Origin: Terrimicrobiaceae bacterium
Lineage (GTDB): Bacteria > Verrucomicrobiota > Verrucomicrobiia > Chthoniobacterales > Terrimicrobiaceae
Direction of reading: 5' to 3'
Assembly: GCA_041752695.1 (NCBI GenBank)
Contig: JBGSVZ010000036.1
Location: 1 to 64,000 of the forward strand
Length of the DNA: 64,000 nt
Positions 48,001-57,078 of this stretch are shown here, one piece after another. A program made the position numbers and the translations under genes. The notes under the pieces are model-generated. The model saw nothing but the letters and a program-made list of their open reading frames with translations, was not told the origin of the DNA and did not search any database. Numbering within the stretch: position 1 is the first letter of the stretch; the number at the start of each line of letters is the position of its first letter.

Positions 48001-50850
48001 GGTCCAGGTGAGGACGGGGTTGCCGGTAGTTTTCACCACGCTGAGCGCGGTTGGCGGCTCAAACATGAAGAGGCGCAGCGCGGGGTCGCCCATGTGGTTC
48101 ATGTAGAGCGAACCGTGGTAGTCGCCGTTGTTTTGAGCGTTAAATTTGTAAGTGTAGGGGCCGCCGCTGGCACCCGTGGTCCAGCCGCGATTGTTGATGC
48201 TCTGCTTCATCATGTCACCCGCGTCGAGGCCCATGCCCATGCGGTGGTAGATGTAGCGCAGGCCCCAGATATTCCAGGTGTAGCTTAGCGTGAAGTTATC
48301 CTCGGAGAGCGACTTCTGCATGATGTTGGAACTCGAGGAGAGGAGATACGCCTCATACCAATAGCCCCAGTGGCTCTGCATGCCGGTCCAGAAAACGGCG
48401 CGACCACCGACACCTCCGGAGGGACCGCCATTGCCCTTGAAATAGAAAAGATATGGTCCGTTCTGGATGCTGTAGAGCTGATCGGCGTCCTGGCCGCTCT
48501 TGACGCGGGGCAGCATGGAGTTGGTGATAAACTCCACGTTGTTCATGCCGACCACGCCGGGCATGGATTGCAGCTGGGTCTCTCGCTCGTTCGGGTAGGT
48601 CAAGCGATCCACGACCCGGCGGCCGGGCTGAAAGTCCGCGCTGGCAATTTTGTAGCGGTGGAGTTTTCCGAAATAGGTGCGCAGCGCCTCGGTCTCCGTC
48701 TGAATACCCAAGGATAAATCAATGCGGCCAAACCCGAGCTCGGTTTTACCGCCGCTGCCGACATCCGACATCTTCCGTTGGTCGAATTGCCCGTCGCCCG
48801 GGATATTCGCGGTAGCGCTGGAAGTCTGGTTGGAAGAAATATCCGTCCAATCCGTGCCGATCACACCGTCCGTGTCGGCGTAGAATGCGTCGGTGCCATA
48901 AGGGGCGACGTTGCCGTGGCCGTCCGCACCCGCGCCGTCACTGAGACCACTCCGGGCGACCGGCACTTTGCCAATCATGGCCAGGTTTTTCAGCTCGCCC
49001 GGGTAGGCGCTGTTCACAGCCTGGATGGCGCTGCGGATGAGCAGGTGATAATCGGTCAGGGTGGAACTCGCCGCGGCAGAGGCGCCGCTTCCGCCGGACG
49101 CAGGCACGAGAGTAAGGGATTCGCCGGCGGCGAAGGTGGCGGGCAGAACAACCGAGAGTCCGGTGACCGAGCCGGAGGGTGCGATAAGCGAGCCTGTGGC
49201 GGTGGCGCCGCTGGTGGCCCCCGTGATGGTCACGCGCTCATTGTCGCGATAACCGGATCCGCCGGCGGTAACGTTGACCTTTCGACCGACGTTGGAATTG
49301 TCCACCGTCGCGACCGACACGTTGGCACCGGTGGCGGTGGATTGGAGCCCAGCGAGCTGAACGTAGTTACCGTCCGTGTAGCCCGCGCCACCCGAGGTGA
49401 GGGTGATCGAGGTGATCACGCCGTTGGTCACATTCAGAACGCCTTCGGCGGGCGTGGTGCCGTAGTTAAAAGTCACCACATCCCCGTTGACGTAACCCGA
49501 ACCGCCCGAAACCACTTGCACGGACTGGAGGGCGCCGCCGACCGTGGCGAAGAAGAGCCCTGCTCCCGAACCCGATGACGTGCCGGAGAGCGTAAGGGTT
49601 TCATCATCGATGAAACCCATCTCGCTGGAGAGCACTTGGATGCCGTTGATCATTCCATCCTGATCCACTTGCAGGGACACCTGGGCGGTCTTGCCGCTGG
49701 TATTGCCCGTCAGGGTGGCGAGATCGCCCGCCGTGTAGCCCGAACCCGTGGTATACATGCCGATCTGCGTAAGCTTGCCCTGCGCATCGATGTAATCCAC
49801 GGCCAGCGTGCCCACTCCAGATCCTGTGGTGTGGCCCGTCATAACCAGTTTTTCTCCCTCGATGAAGCCTGCCTGGCTGTTGCTGATGTTGATGAAGAAA
49901 TAGATCACGCCCGCCGGATAGTTATAGAGTACGGCCTGCGCGGTTTTGCCGCTGGTCTGACCGGTGAGCGTGACGGTCTGGCCGTTTGTATAGCCGGAGC
50001 CACCCGTGACAGCGTGGGCATATTTTAGCGTTTGCTGGGCGGTGTTCACGCGGCCGATCAAGGTCGCGCCGATTCCGGTCGCTGTGCCGCCAGAGATGGT
50101 GAGCGTCTCGTTGGCGGAGAAGCCCGTGCCGCCGCCGCCATTGGGGATGGTCATCGCGGTGATGACGCCGTTGGTGGCCGTCAGTTTCCCGCGCGCGGTT
50201 TTGCCGGAGGCGTTCGTGAGGGTGACGTAGTCGCTATTCGTGTACCCGGTGCCGCCCGCGTTGAGCTTCAGCGTGACGATCGCCCCGTTGCCGAGGGCCG
50301 AGTAGTTGGCGGCTCGGGGGACGGGAATTTCGTGCACCGTCCAACCGTCAGCGACGAGGTCGGCTCTGTACTGAGCAAACTCGGCGGGCAGGCTGGTCAA
50401 TACGTCCGAGGCCACGACCACGGCCATGCGGCCTTTCGGCTGTGTGCCGTCCACTTTAATGCCGCACAGAATGTAGCCCGAGGGATAAATCGAATTGGTC
50501 GTGGTGCCGGCGGTATTGACGAAGCGATACTCGTAGAGTGTGCCGACGGAAACCGTGCTGTCCGTCCAGACGCCTTCCGACCCCAGCGTTATACCCGTCG
50601 CCACCGCCGTCCCCCATTCGAGCGCCGACGCGGATTTACGGTAGATGGTGAAGGTGCCCGGCGCATAGGATTTGATCCGGATCTGCGCGGGGCTCTCCTG
50701 AACGGTGGCCTCCAGGGGAATGGTTTCGATCGTGCCATCCTGCGCGGTCTGCAGGTTGGCCTGCGTGTAGGCGCCAAGATGGGAAAGCCACGCGGAAAAC
50801 CAAACCACTACAACAAAGGCACGCAACAAAGGGGGGATGCACGGACGCAT
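45091..50850 (-). CDS. Giant secreted multidomain protein (gingipain/C25-like, Ig, CBM96-like, PKD, LamG-like, C-terminal sorting-type domain)
   Basis: Signal peptide at MRPCIPP; IGKVPV, GRID and MGDPALR motifs; LPAGLAL..GVLSGTPT; WYHLGVVFDG/GSIDEVRIYNRAL; RFMRLRV terminus; 1919 aa. Confidence 0.85.
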   Translation of the reverse strand: MRPCIPPLLRAFVVVVWFSAWLSHLGAYTQANLQTAQDGTIETIPLEATVQESPAQIRIKSYAPGTFTIYRKSASALEWGTAVATGITLGSEGVWTDSTVSVGTLYEYRFVNTAGTTTNSIYPSGYILCGIKVDGTQPKGRMAVVVASDVLTSLPAEFAQYRADLVADGWTVHEIPVPRAANYSALGNGAIVTLKLNAGGTGYTNSDYVTLTNASGKTARGKLTATNGVITAMTIPNGGGGTGFSANETLTISGGTATGIGATLIGRVNTAQQTLKYAHAVTGGSGYTNGQTVTLTGQTSGKTAQAVLYNYPAGVIYFFINISNSQAGFIEGEKLVMTGHTTGSGVGTLAVDYIDAQGKLTQIGMYTTGSGYTAGDLATLTGNTSGKTAQVSLQVDQDGMINGIQVLSSEMGFIDDETLTLSGTSSGSGAGLFFATVGGALQSVQVVSGGSGYVNGDVVTFNYGTTPAEGVLNVTNGVITSITLTSGGAGYTDGNYVQLAGLQSTATGANVSVATVDNSNVGRKVNVTAGGSGYRDNERVTITGATSGATATGSLIAPSGSVTGLSVVLPATFAAGESLTLVPASGGSGASAAASSTLTDYHLLIRSAIQAVNSAYPGELKNLAMIGKVPVARSGLSDGAGADGHGNVAPYGTDAFYADTDGVIGTDWTDISSNQTSSATANIPGDGQFDQRKMSDVGSGGKTELGFGRIDLSLGIQTETEALRTYFGKLHRYKIASADFQPGRRVVDRLTYPNERETQLQSMPGVVGMNNVEFITNSMLPRVKSGQDADQLYSIQNGPYLFYFKGNGGPSGGVGGRAVFWTGMQSHWGYWYEAYLLSSSSNIMQKSLSEDNFTLSYTWNIWGLRYIYHRMGMGLDAGDMMKQSINNRGWTTGASGGPYTYKFNAQNNGDYHGSLYMNHMGDPALRLFMFEPPTALSVVKTTGNPVLTWTASPAPQILGYHIYRAANASAPFTRLTETPITGTSYTDASVTSGSHVYLVRAVRLETTGGGTFYNASLGATQSINIDAAPTAVSISTTSLPTFNWNSPRSVTFVAQGGVPQYGWSLVSGELPAGLALSSAGVLSGTPTATGTFTFTARVTDQLNQTATQAFTLTVDSVSATVLYPEATTYTDKAKPAASFGAEEFGYISGVSTNLFETFHRYDLSGLATNNSFVCATLYLYVTTGAATGTIANVQANLIADSLDGWIDRGIARPFTGVSNNGAGKTRIACPGHGFTNGTQVSLAGLTGTGAPSFGPYAINVVDADSFDLLTVGFGTWTYDPALAFVSTTSMTYNTRPTSYNTSVPTLTDSGVNTPGTLLQFDVTSYVRETLANDPLKKVSLRFFTATPQMVAVGSANAYGGARPYIVFETTNAPNITVTSPTSNPACIYPGSGILLNTTVTPLPARAGALTLQWSKVSGPGNVTFTSTTSPSTGATFGSVGDYVLRLTAHDGVDQSTRDIAVRVLAAPVSGPADSSLKLRLSLDETTGSTAADSSGMTPTTNGVLVNSPAWNTSGRIAGALTCATGLQRVEVADSSTNSNPLDGFGKMSISMWIKPTSLPVGGSSYYGVITKRLGAFNKESYRIELRGSTDGSSSPVYVTIGGGTTLQSATTLTAGQWYHLGVVFDGALTSNNLQLYINGSPNRFITISPTSVPRYNTSPLKVGANDLFDFIGSIDEVRIYNRALSLSEIQDLSAASPANMGPVVSAGASISGNAGEFLALSGTAMDDGLPAALTLGWSLSGGPGNAAFGNAAATATSVNFSLAGNYALMLTANDGAISTWATTTASIAAASGIDAWRMNYFGTTDDSGNRADAASAANDGMANLVKYALGLNPNLPATAASAGLILEVQAIDGSDYLSYTFTGTASDVTYIVEAKSDLGSTWTPLYTHGGSAPGTVRVDDTQALSTATKRFMRLRVTRP

Positions 50851-50957
50851 TGGCACACGTTCCCGTATTTTGAGCCAGAGTGCAATCCTGATATCAATCC
50901 TGAGATGTAAGGTCCCGATTTTCATCAGTCGAAGGGGAAAATCGTCCGTGCGGGGCC

Positions 50958-50973
50958 TGGCGCGAAGGATGCT
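50958..50973 (+). promoter_or_regulatory. Candidate sigma54 promoter
   Basis: TGGCGCGAAGGATGCT has exact GG-N10-GC spacing, 36 nt before the cysJ-like ATG. Confidence 0.5.
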
Positions 50974-51009
50974 TGCCACGCTAGAACCGTTCTTTTTAAC
51001 TCACCAGCC

Positions 51010-52158
51010 ATGTCCACGGAATCAGCATCAGGGTATTCACGGAAAAATCCGTTTCCGGCCACGCTTACGGTCAACAAAAAGCTCACGGCAGAGGGGTCAA
51101 ACAAGGACACCCGCCATTTCGAAATTTCGCTCGCCGGGTCCGGCTTGGATTACGAAGTTGGCGATTCGTTGGGAGTGTTTCCCTCCAACGAGCCCGCGCT
51201 GGTCGACAAGCTTCTCGAAACGCTGGGGTTCAGCGGCGATGAGGTTGTTCCCAACGCGGACAAGATTCCTATGCCCCTCCGCGAGGCGCTTTCCAAGAGT
51301 TACGTGATCAGCACGCCCGACAAAAAGCTTCTAGGCGCCATCGCGGAAAAAGACTCGTCGGCGGTGTTTCTGAAGGACCTTCTGGACCCCGCGTTCAAGA
51401 CCAGCCTCGAGGAATACATCTGGGGCCGCGACCTTCTGGACCCGCTCTTGGAATTCACCGCCGCGAAGTTTACGCCGGAGGAATTTGTGGCCTGTCTGCG
51501 CAAGCTGCAGCCCCGTCTCTATTCGATCGCGTCGTCTCGCAAGGTCGTCGGAGAAAATGTCCATCTCACCGTGGCGGTCGTGCGCTACACGTCTTACGAC
51601 CGTCCCCGTGCGGGGGTCGCCTCGTCCTTTCTCGCTGAGCGCGCGGACGGGCAGGGCGCCATCCCGGTTTTTTATCACACCGCGAAACATTTCCGCGTGC
51701 CCGAAGATCCCGCCACGGCGATGATCATGGTCGGCCCCGGCACCGGCATCGCGCCCTTCCGCGCCATGCTCCAGGAGCGCAAGGCCTCCGGCGCCTCCGG
51801 TAAAAACTGGCTCTTCTTTGGCGAGCAACAAGCAAAGTCCGACTTCTTTTACCAGGACGAATTCGAAGGCTACCAGGCGGACGGGACCCTGGCAAAATTC
51901 ACCACCGCCTTTTCCCGCGATCAGGCGGAAAAAATTTACGTCCAGCACCGCATTCTGGAAAATGCCGAAGCGTTCTACGACTGGCTGGAAAATGGCGCCA
52001 TCTTTTACATCTGCGGCGACGCCGCGCGCATGGCCAAGGATGTGGACACGGCCATTCACCAGGTTGTGGAAAAGGTTGGCGGGAAAACGACCGAGCAGGC
52101 GAAGGAGTATGTGGACGCCCTGAAAAAGGACAAACGCTACCGCAAGGACGTTTATTGA
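51010..52158 (+). CDS. cysJ: Sulfite reductase flavoprotein-like FAD/NADPH module, lacking the flavodoxin domain
   Basis: YSRKNPF, RLYSIASS, GPGTGIAPFR, YICGD, RYRKDVY; only 382 aa. Confidence 0.75.
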   Translation: MSTESASGYSRKNPFPATLTVNKKLTAEGSNKDTRHFEISLAGSGLDYEVGDSLGVFPSNEPALVDKLLETLGFSGDEVVPNADKIPMPLREALSKSYVISTPDKKLLGAIAEKDSSAVFLKDLLDPAFKTSLEEYIWGRDLLDPLLEFTAAKFTPEEFVACLRKLQPRLYSIASSRKVVGENVHLTVAVVRYTSYDRPRAGVASSFLAERADGQGAIPVFYHTAKHFRVPEDPATAMIMVGPGTGIAPFRAMLQERKASGASGKNWLFFGEQQAKSDFFYQDEFEGYQADGTLAKFTTAFSRDQAEKIYVQHRILENAEAFYDWLENGAIFYICGDAARMAKDVDTAIHQVVEKVGGKTTEQAKEYVDALKKDKRYRKDVY

Positions 52159-52268
52159 ACACGTGCCAGCGGGCGCTGGCCGGGTAGCCTGCACGCAGTG
52201 CAGCCCGCAGGGCGTCACTTGCCGGGAGGCAAGGACGGCAACACGTCGGTGGTCCGAATACCAAGGCT

Positions 52269-52316
52269 CCATCGGCTCACGCCGACGGCTACGTAGCCGC
52301 GTTCGACAGAACGTGG
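52269..52316. repeat. Back-to-back pair of GTAG-type REP palindromes
   Basis: Minus strand GTAG-CCGTCGGC-GTGA-GCCGATGG; plus strand GTAG-CCGCGTTC-GACA-GAACGTGG. Confidence 0.65.
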
Positions 52317-52416
52317 TTGGAGGGAACTTTCCTCACACGCGAAAAAGGACGGCAACGCGTCGGAAGTTTGACGGCGGGCGTGGCTTTGCCTCATCTTCAC
52401 CGACCCGCGTTCCACC

Positions 52417-53820
52417 ATGAATAAACCACCCGCTTCCGACCACCGACCTCCGACTTCCATCCATTTCCTCGGGATCTGCGGCACGGCCATGGGCTCCGTG
52501 GCGGCCGCCATGCGCGACGGAGGGTTTACCGTGACCGGGCAGGACGACAATGTCTATCCGCCCATGTCCACCTTTCTGGAAGGCAAGGGGATCACGATCA
52601 CCAAAGGGTTTGCTCCCGGCGACATCCCGGACGCCGATGTCATCGTGGTGGGCAACGCCATGTCGCGCGGGAATCCGGCCGTGGAGGCTGTGCTCAACCG
52701 TAAGTTGTACTACCTCTCGCTCCCGGAAACGCTGAAACAGTTCTTCCTCCGCGGACGCCACAACCTGGTCGTCACCGGCACCCATGGGAAAACCACGACC
52801 ACGTCGCTGCTCACCTGGATCTTCGAGAGTGCCGGACGCGCGCCGAGTTGGATGATCGGCGGCATTCCGGAAAATCTCGGCCAGGGTTCCTGCCTGCGGG
52901 ACTCGAAATATTTCATCCTCGAAGGAGACGAGTACGACACGGCGTTTTTCGACAAGCGCTCGAAGTTCATCCATTACCTGCCCGAACTGGTGATCGTGAA
53001 CAATATCGAGTTCGATCATGCAGACATCTACGACGATCTCGAAGCGATCAAGTTAACCTTCCGCCGCCTGCTCAATATCGTGCCGGGCGACGGCATGGTG
53101 CTGCTTAACGCGGACGATCCCAATTGCCTCGATGTCGCCAAGACCTGCCCCGCGCCGATTGTCGAAGTGGGCTTTTCCGAGAATGCAGCCAATTGCATTC
53201 GCAACGCCCGGCAGTCGGGCGGCATTTCCTCCTTCGAACTTCTGGGCACAACCTTCGAGGTGCCTCTCATCGGTGATTTTAACATCCGCAACGCAGCCAT
53301 GGCGGCTTCGGCGGCGCATTTTTACGGCATCTCAATCCCGGAAATTCAGCAGGCTCTCGCCACGTTCAAAGGCATCAAACGCCGCCAGGAGGTGCGTGGC
53401 GTGGTCCGCGGCATCACCATCATGGACGACTTTGGCCATCACCCGACGGCCATTCGTGAAACCCTCTCCGGACTCGACCAACGTTACCCGGGTTCGCGCC
53501 TCTGGGCGATTTTTGAGCCGCGCTCCAACACCACACGACGGGCCGTCTTCCAGCACGATCTGCCCAAGGCTTTTGTCCGCGCCGATGGCGTCTTCATCGC
53601 TCAGGTCGCCCGCCTCGACCAGCTTCCGGAAGCGGACCGTCTGAATCCCGAGCAGGTCGTGGCCGATATCGCCGCGATGGGCAAACCCGCGTTTTACGAA
53701 CCGACCGCCGATGCGATCATCGAAAAACTCAAACCGCTTGCCCAATCCGGCGACGTGGTGGTGGTCTTCAGCAACGGTGGCTTCGACGGCATCCACCAAA
53801 AGCTGATCGACCGGCTTTAG
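52417..53820 (+). CDS. mpl: Murein peptide ligase
   Basis: IHFLGICGTAM, VYPPMST, GTHGKTTT, EGDEYDTAFFDKRSKF, DDFGHHPT, SNGGF. Confidence 0.93.
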   Translation: MNKPPASDHRPPTSIHFLGICGTAMGSVAAAMRDGGFTVTGQDDNVYPPMSTFLEGKGITITKGFAPGDIPDADVIVVGNAMSRGNPAVEAVLNRKLYYLSLPETLKQFFLRGRHNLVVTGTHGKTTTTSLLTWIFESAGRAPSWMIGGIPENLGQGSCLRDSKYFILEGDEYDTAFFDKRSKFIHYLPELVIVNNIEFDHADIYDDLEAIKLTFRRLLNIVPGDGMVLLNADDPNCLDVAKTCPAPIVEVGFSENAANCIRNARQSGGISSFELLGTTFEVPLIGDFNIRNAAMAASAAHFYGISIPEIQQALATFKGIKRRQEVRGVVRGITIMDDFGHHPTAIRETLSGLDQRYPGSRLWAIFEPRSNTTRRAVFQHDLPKAFVRADGVFIAQVARLDQLPEADRLNPEQVVADIAAMGKPAFYEPTADAIIEKLKPLAQSGDVVVVFSNGGFDGIHQKLIDRL

Positions 53821-53863
53821 GCCAGTCCCGCGCGGAAGCGTTGAGCTAAGACCGCTGTGCGGG

Positions 53864-54706
53864 TTATGGCTGGTCGGCGCATTCAGATAGACCGGGGAGG
53901 GGTTCCGGGCAACCCCAGTTTTTTGTCCGCCACTCACGAGGGCTCAGCCCATGGGCCTGGCGGAATTTGCGGGAAAAATGGAACGGATTGGCGAACCCGC
54001 AGCGGTCGGCGATTTCGCCGATGGAAAGTCCGGTGTGAGAGAGCCAGTCCCGCGCGGCTTCCAGGCGCCGACGGTAGAGCATCCGGGTGGGCGACTCCCT
54101 CTTACGTTCCCGGAAAAGCTTGAGCAAATGCTGATTCGAGACGCCTCCGGCGCGGGCGAGGTCCGTGAGGGTGAGCGGGCGGGCGAATTCACGGGAGATA
54201 AAATGGGACACTTTGGCCACGGCCTCGTCCCCGCCTGTCGCAGGAGGGCCGCCCGCCTGCGCGGCCAGGGCGAAGTCGCAGAACATGGCCATACCGAGGT
54301 CGAGTAGGAAGCGGGTTTCGAGCGTTTCCTGCGCAGCCCGCTCCCGGTGGCTGCCGAGAGCGAGTTCGAGCAGCGAAACCATCGCCCCGGTGAAAGGCAC
54401 GGGACCCCGTGAGTCGCGGAAGAGTTCCTGTTGGGCCCGCGGCACCGCCTGCGGCTTGATGGCACACCAACTATGCCGGCTTTCACGCACCCGGGAGAAA
54501 TGGAAAATCTCCTGATTTCCGGGGCTGAGGAGGACGGCGGTTCCGGCCGCCAGGGAGAGGAACGCCCGGTTCACCCGCAGATCGAGCGAGCCGGAATGCA
54601 GGATCACCATCTGAAAGTCCCTCTGCACCCGGGGCCCCAACATCCCGCCGGGCTCGTAAAGGACATCGCCGAAAGTCACCGGGCCCCGGGTTATGTTAAA
54701 ATTCAT
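53864..54706 (-). CDS. AraC-family regulator
   Basis: SIGEIADRCGFANPFHFSRKFRQAHGLSP. Confidence 0.9.
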   Translation of the reverse strand: MNFNITRGPVTFGDVLYEPGGMLGPRVQRDFQMVILHSGSLDLRVNRAFLSLAAGTAVLLSPGNQEIFHFSRVRESRHSWCAIKPQAVPRAQQELFRDSRGPVPFTGAMVSLLELALGSHRERAAQETLETRFLLDLGMAMFCDFALAAQAGGPPATGGDEAVAKVSHFISREFARPLTLTDLARAGGVSNQHLLKLFRERKRESPTRMLYRRRLEAARDWLSHTGLSIGEIADRCGFANPFHFSRKFRQAHGLSPREWRTKNWGCPEPLPGLSECADQP

Positions 54707-54771
54707 CCGGGATAGGTTTTTGATGGTTCTGGGCATGGCAATTTTTGGCTTATCGCACGAATCTCCGGCGC

Positions 54772-55785
54772 ATGACAACGCTCAACCCCGAACGCCTCTC
54801 CCCCGACGAACTTTCCGCCCGCCTTGGCCCCTGGGGGTCCTGGCCAAAGGATGGCACCCTGCCCGCCGGCTATTTCGAACCGCCGCTCGACGACAGTGTC
54901 GCCGGCTTTTTTCAAAGGAACGGCTACCTGGTTTTGCACGAGGCGCTGTCCCCGGAGGAAGTTGGACAGCTCAAGGAGGAAACCACCCGGCTCAGCCGCA
55001 ACGCGGACGGCGCGATTGAGGGCATCGATCCGGTCCCGGCGGAGATTTCTGACGCCGATGCGATGAAGCGCGTGCTCTGCATCCATTTTCCCCACAAGCT
55101 TTCCCGCGTCTTCCACGAGGCTCTGGCGCAGCCGGCCGTCGTTGATGTCCTCACGCGGGTCGTGGGCCCGAATGTGAAATGCATGCAGTCGATGCTTTTC
55201 CTGAAAGCCTCGGGAAAAGCCGGCCAGGCCTGGCACCAGGATGAGGACTACATTCCCACCCGCGACCGCTCCTTGATCGGCGCCTGGATTGCGCTTGATG
55301 ATGCCACGGTCGAAAACGGCTGTCTCTGGGTGCTCCCCGGCTCGCACCAGCGGGGCATCCTCTGGCCGCAGAAGTTCCATTTTGACAAACGCTTCGATTG
55401 CTCGCGCGAGTCCTACAATTTTCCCTGGAAGGACGAAGACTCGGTTCCTGTCGAGGTGAAGGCGGGCTCCGTGGTGTTTTTCAACGGGTACCTGCTCCAC
55501 CGCTCCCTGCCGAATCGCGCGCAGACCGGTTTTCGTCGCTCGCTGGTGAACCACTACATGAGCGCCGAGTCCTTCCTGCCCTGGGCCCGGCCCGACGAAA
55601 AAACCAGCATGGCCACGGCGGACTATCGCGACATCGTCATGGTGGCGGGTACGGATCCCTACGCCTACAAAGGAACGCAGGAAGTGGCCAAGGCTTGGGT
55701 CCGTCCCAGCGGCGAGGGTGGTTGCGCGGACTGGACCAACGAATCCCAGATCAAACTCGCCGCGGAGCACAAAGCCGGCAAGTGA
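54772..55785 (+). CDS. PhyH-family Fe(II)/2-oxoglutarate dioxygenase
   Basis: AWHQD (HxD), WIALDDAT.ENGCL.V.PGSH, LLHRS. Confidence 0.9.
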   Translation: MTTLNPERLSPDELSARLGPWGSWPKDGTLPAGYFEPPLDDSVAGFFQRNGYLVLHEALSPEEVGQLKEETTRLSRNADGAIEGIDPVPAEISDADAMKRVLCIHFPHKLSRVFHEALAQPAVVDVLTRVVGPNVKCMQSMLFLKASGKAGQAWHQDEDYIPTRDRSLIGAWIALDDATVENGCLWVLPGSHQRGILWPQKFHFDKRFDCSRESYNFPWKDEDSVPVEVKAGSVVFFNGYLLHRSLPNRAQTGFRRSLVNHYMSAESFLPWARPDEKTSMATADYRDIVMVAGTDPYAYKGTQEVAKAWVRPSGEGGCADWTNESQIKLAAEHKAGK

Positions 55786-55898
55786 GCGAAGAGAGGGAAC
55801 CGCGGTCGCTCCTGAGCCTTGTTTCAAGTACCGCTCCGATTTTCGCACCAGGCGAAAAAAAGGATTCCCCGCCACGGTTCGGCGCGCGTAGGTGATGC

Positions 55899-56690
55899 AT
55901 GCCTGAACTCGCCGAGGTTGAATACTTTCGCAAACAATGGGAGCCCGGCTTGGGGAAGGTCGTCAGCCGAGTGGCCTGGCACCCCCGGGCTCGTCTTTTC
56001 CGCGGGATTGATCCTGACGCTTTTGTCGGATCCCTCACCGGCGCCCGTCTGCGTTCGTCGTCGGCGCACGGCAAGCAGATGCTCTTTCGCTTCGATCGGG
56101 CCAGTCTGGGGATTCATCTCGGCATGACGGGAAAGCTCAGCGTCGAGCCGCCGGATTTCGTCCCGGGGAAACACGACCACCTTGTGCTCTTCCAGAAAAC
56201 GCACGCCCTGGTCTTTACAGATTTTAGGCTTTTCGGTCGGGTGCTTTTTCATCCCGGGCCGGGCGAACCGGACTGGTGGGCGACGCGCCCGCCCGACATT
56301 CTTTCACCCGCCTTCACCAAAACGATACTTGGCGAGTTCCTCACCCGTCGAAAAGGTGCCCCGCTCAAGGCGGTGCTGCTCATGCAGGAACGCTTCCCGG
56401 GGGTCGGCAATTGGATGGCCGACGAGATCCTCTGGCGGGCCCGTCTGCTCCCGGCGAAACGCAGTGGGACCCTCCGCGAACAAGATGTGAATATCTTGTG
56501 GAAAGAGACCCGCGAAGTCTGTCGTCAAGCCCTTCGCGTCATCGGCACGGATTTCTCCGATCCACCCGATTCCTGGCTATTCCCACACCGCTGGGCAAAG
56601 GGCGGGGCGTGCCCCCGCTGTGGCCTCGACCTTCACCGCGCTACCGTGGGTGGAAGAACGACATGCTGGTGTGCACACTGTCAGAAGTAA
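55899..56690 (+). CDS. Fpg/Nei-family DNA glycosylase
   Basis: MPELAEV, HLGMTG, GVGNW.ADE, C-terminal CPRC..CAHCQ zinc finger. Confidence 0.9.
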   Translation: MPELAEVEYFRKQWEPGLGKVVSRVAWHPRARLFRGIDPDAFVGSLTGARLRSSSAHGKQMLFRFDRASLGIHLGMTGKLSVEPPDFVPGKHDHLVLFQKTHALVFTDFRLFGRVLFHPGPGEPDWWATRPPDILSPAFTKTILGEFLTRRKGAPLKAVLLMQERFPGVGNWMADEILWRARLLPAKRSGTLREQDVNILWKETREVCRQALRVIGTDFSDPPDSWLFPHRWAKGGACPRCGLDLHRATVGGRTTCWCAHCQK

Positions 56691-57078
56691 GTAAAAATGT
56701 TGTAAGTCTTTTGTAATGATCGATTTACGGAAAGTAAGTTCGGCACCCATTGCCCTCAGGATCGTCCTCTCCCCGGGGGAACCGCTTCGCAAGATTTTCA
56801 CCGGGGCGTCCCAAGCCCCATCGATAAAGCCTCGCCCGACCCGGAGCGGTTCCCGATCCCACAAAACCTTGCTCCACGGAGTTCGTCGCCCGCCGCGCCT
56901 TTGTTTATGAGGCTGTGAACAGCTTTTTCGCAACCCGCCTCCCTGATAGTCCAGTAGGGGATTGGCCTTCGCAAAGAGATCGCGTTTCCGGCAAGACATT
57001 TTTTTCTGTCGATTCCCTTCTTCCTTTCGCGAACTTTAGCGTGTTTTGCAGGCAGGACTTCCGTTTACTTTCCGCCCC

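Noticed and set aside
54691..54700. TTATGTTAAA, a XerD arm of a dif site
   Set aside because: It lies in the AraC coding start (MNFNIT) and has no XerC arm at the right spacing
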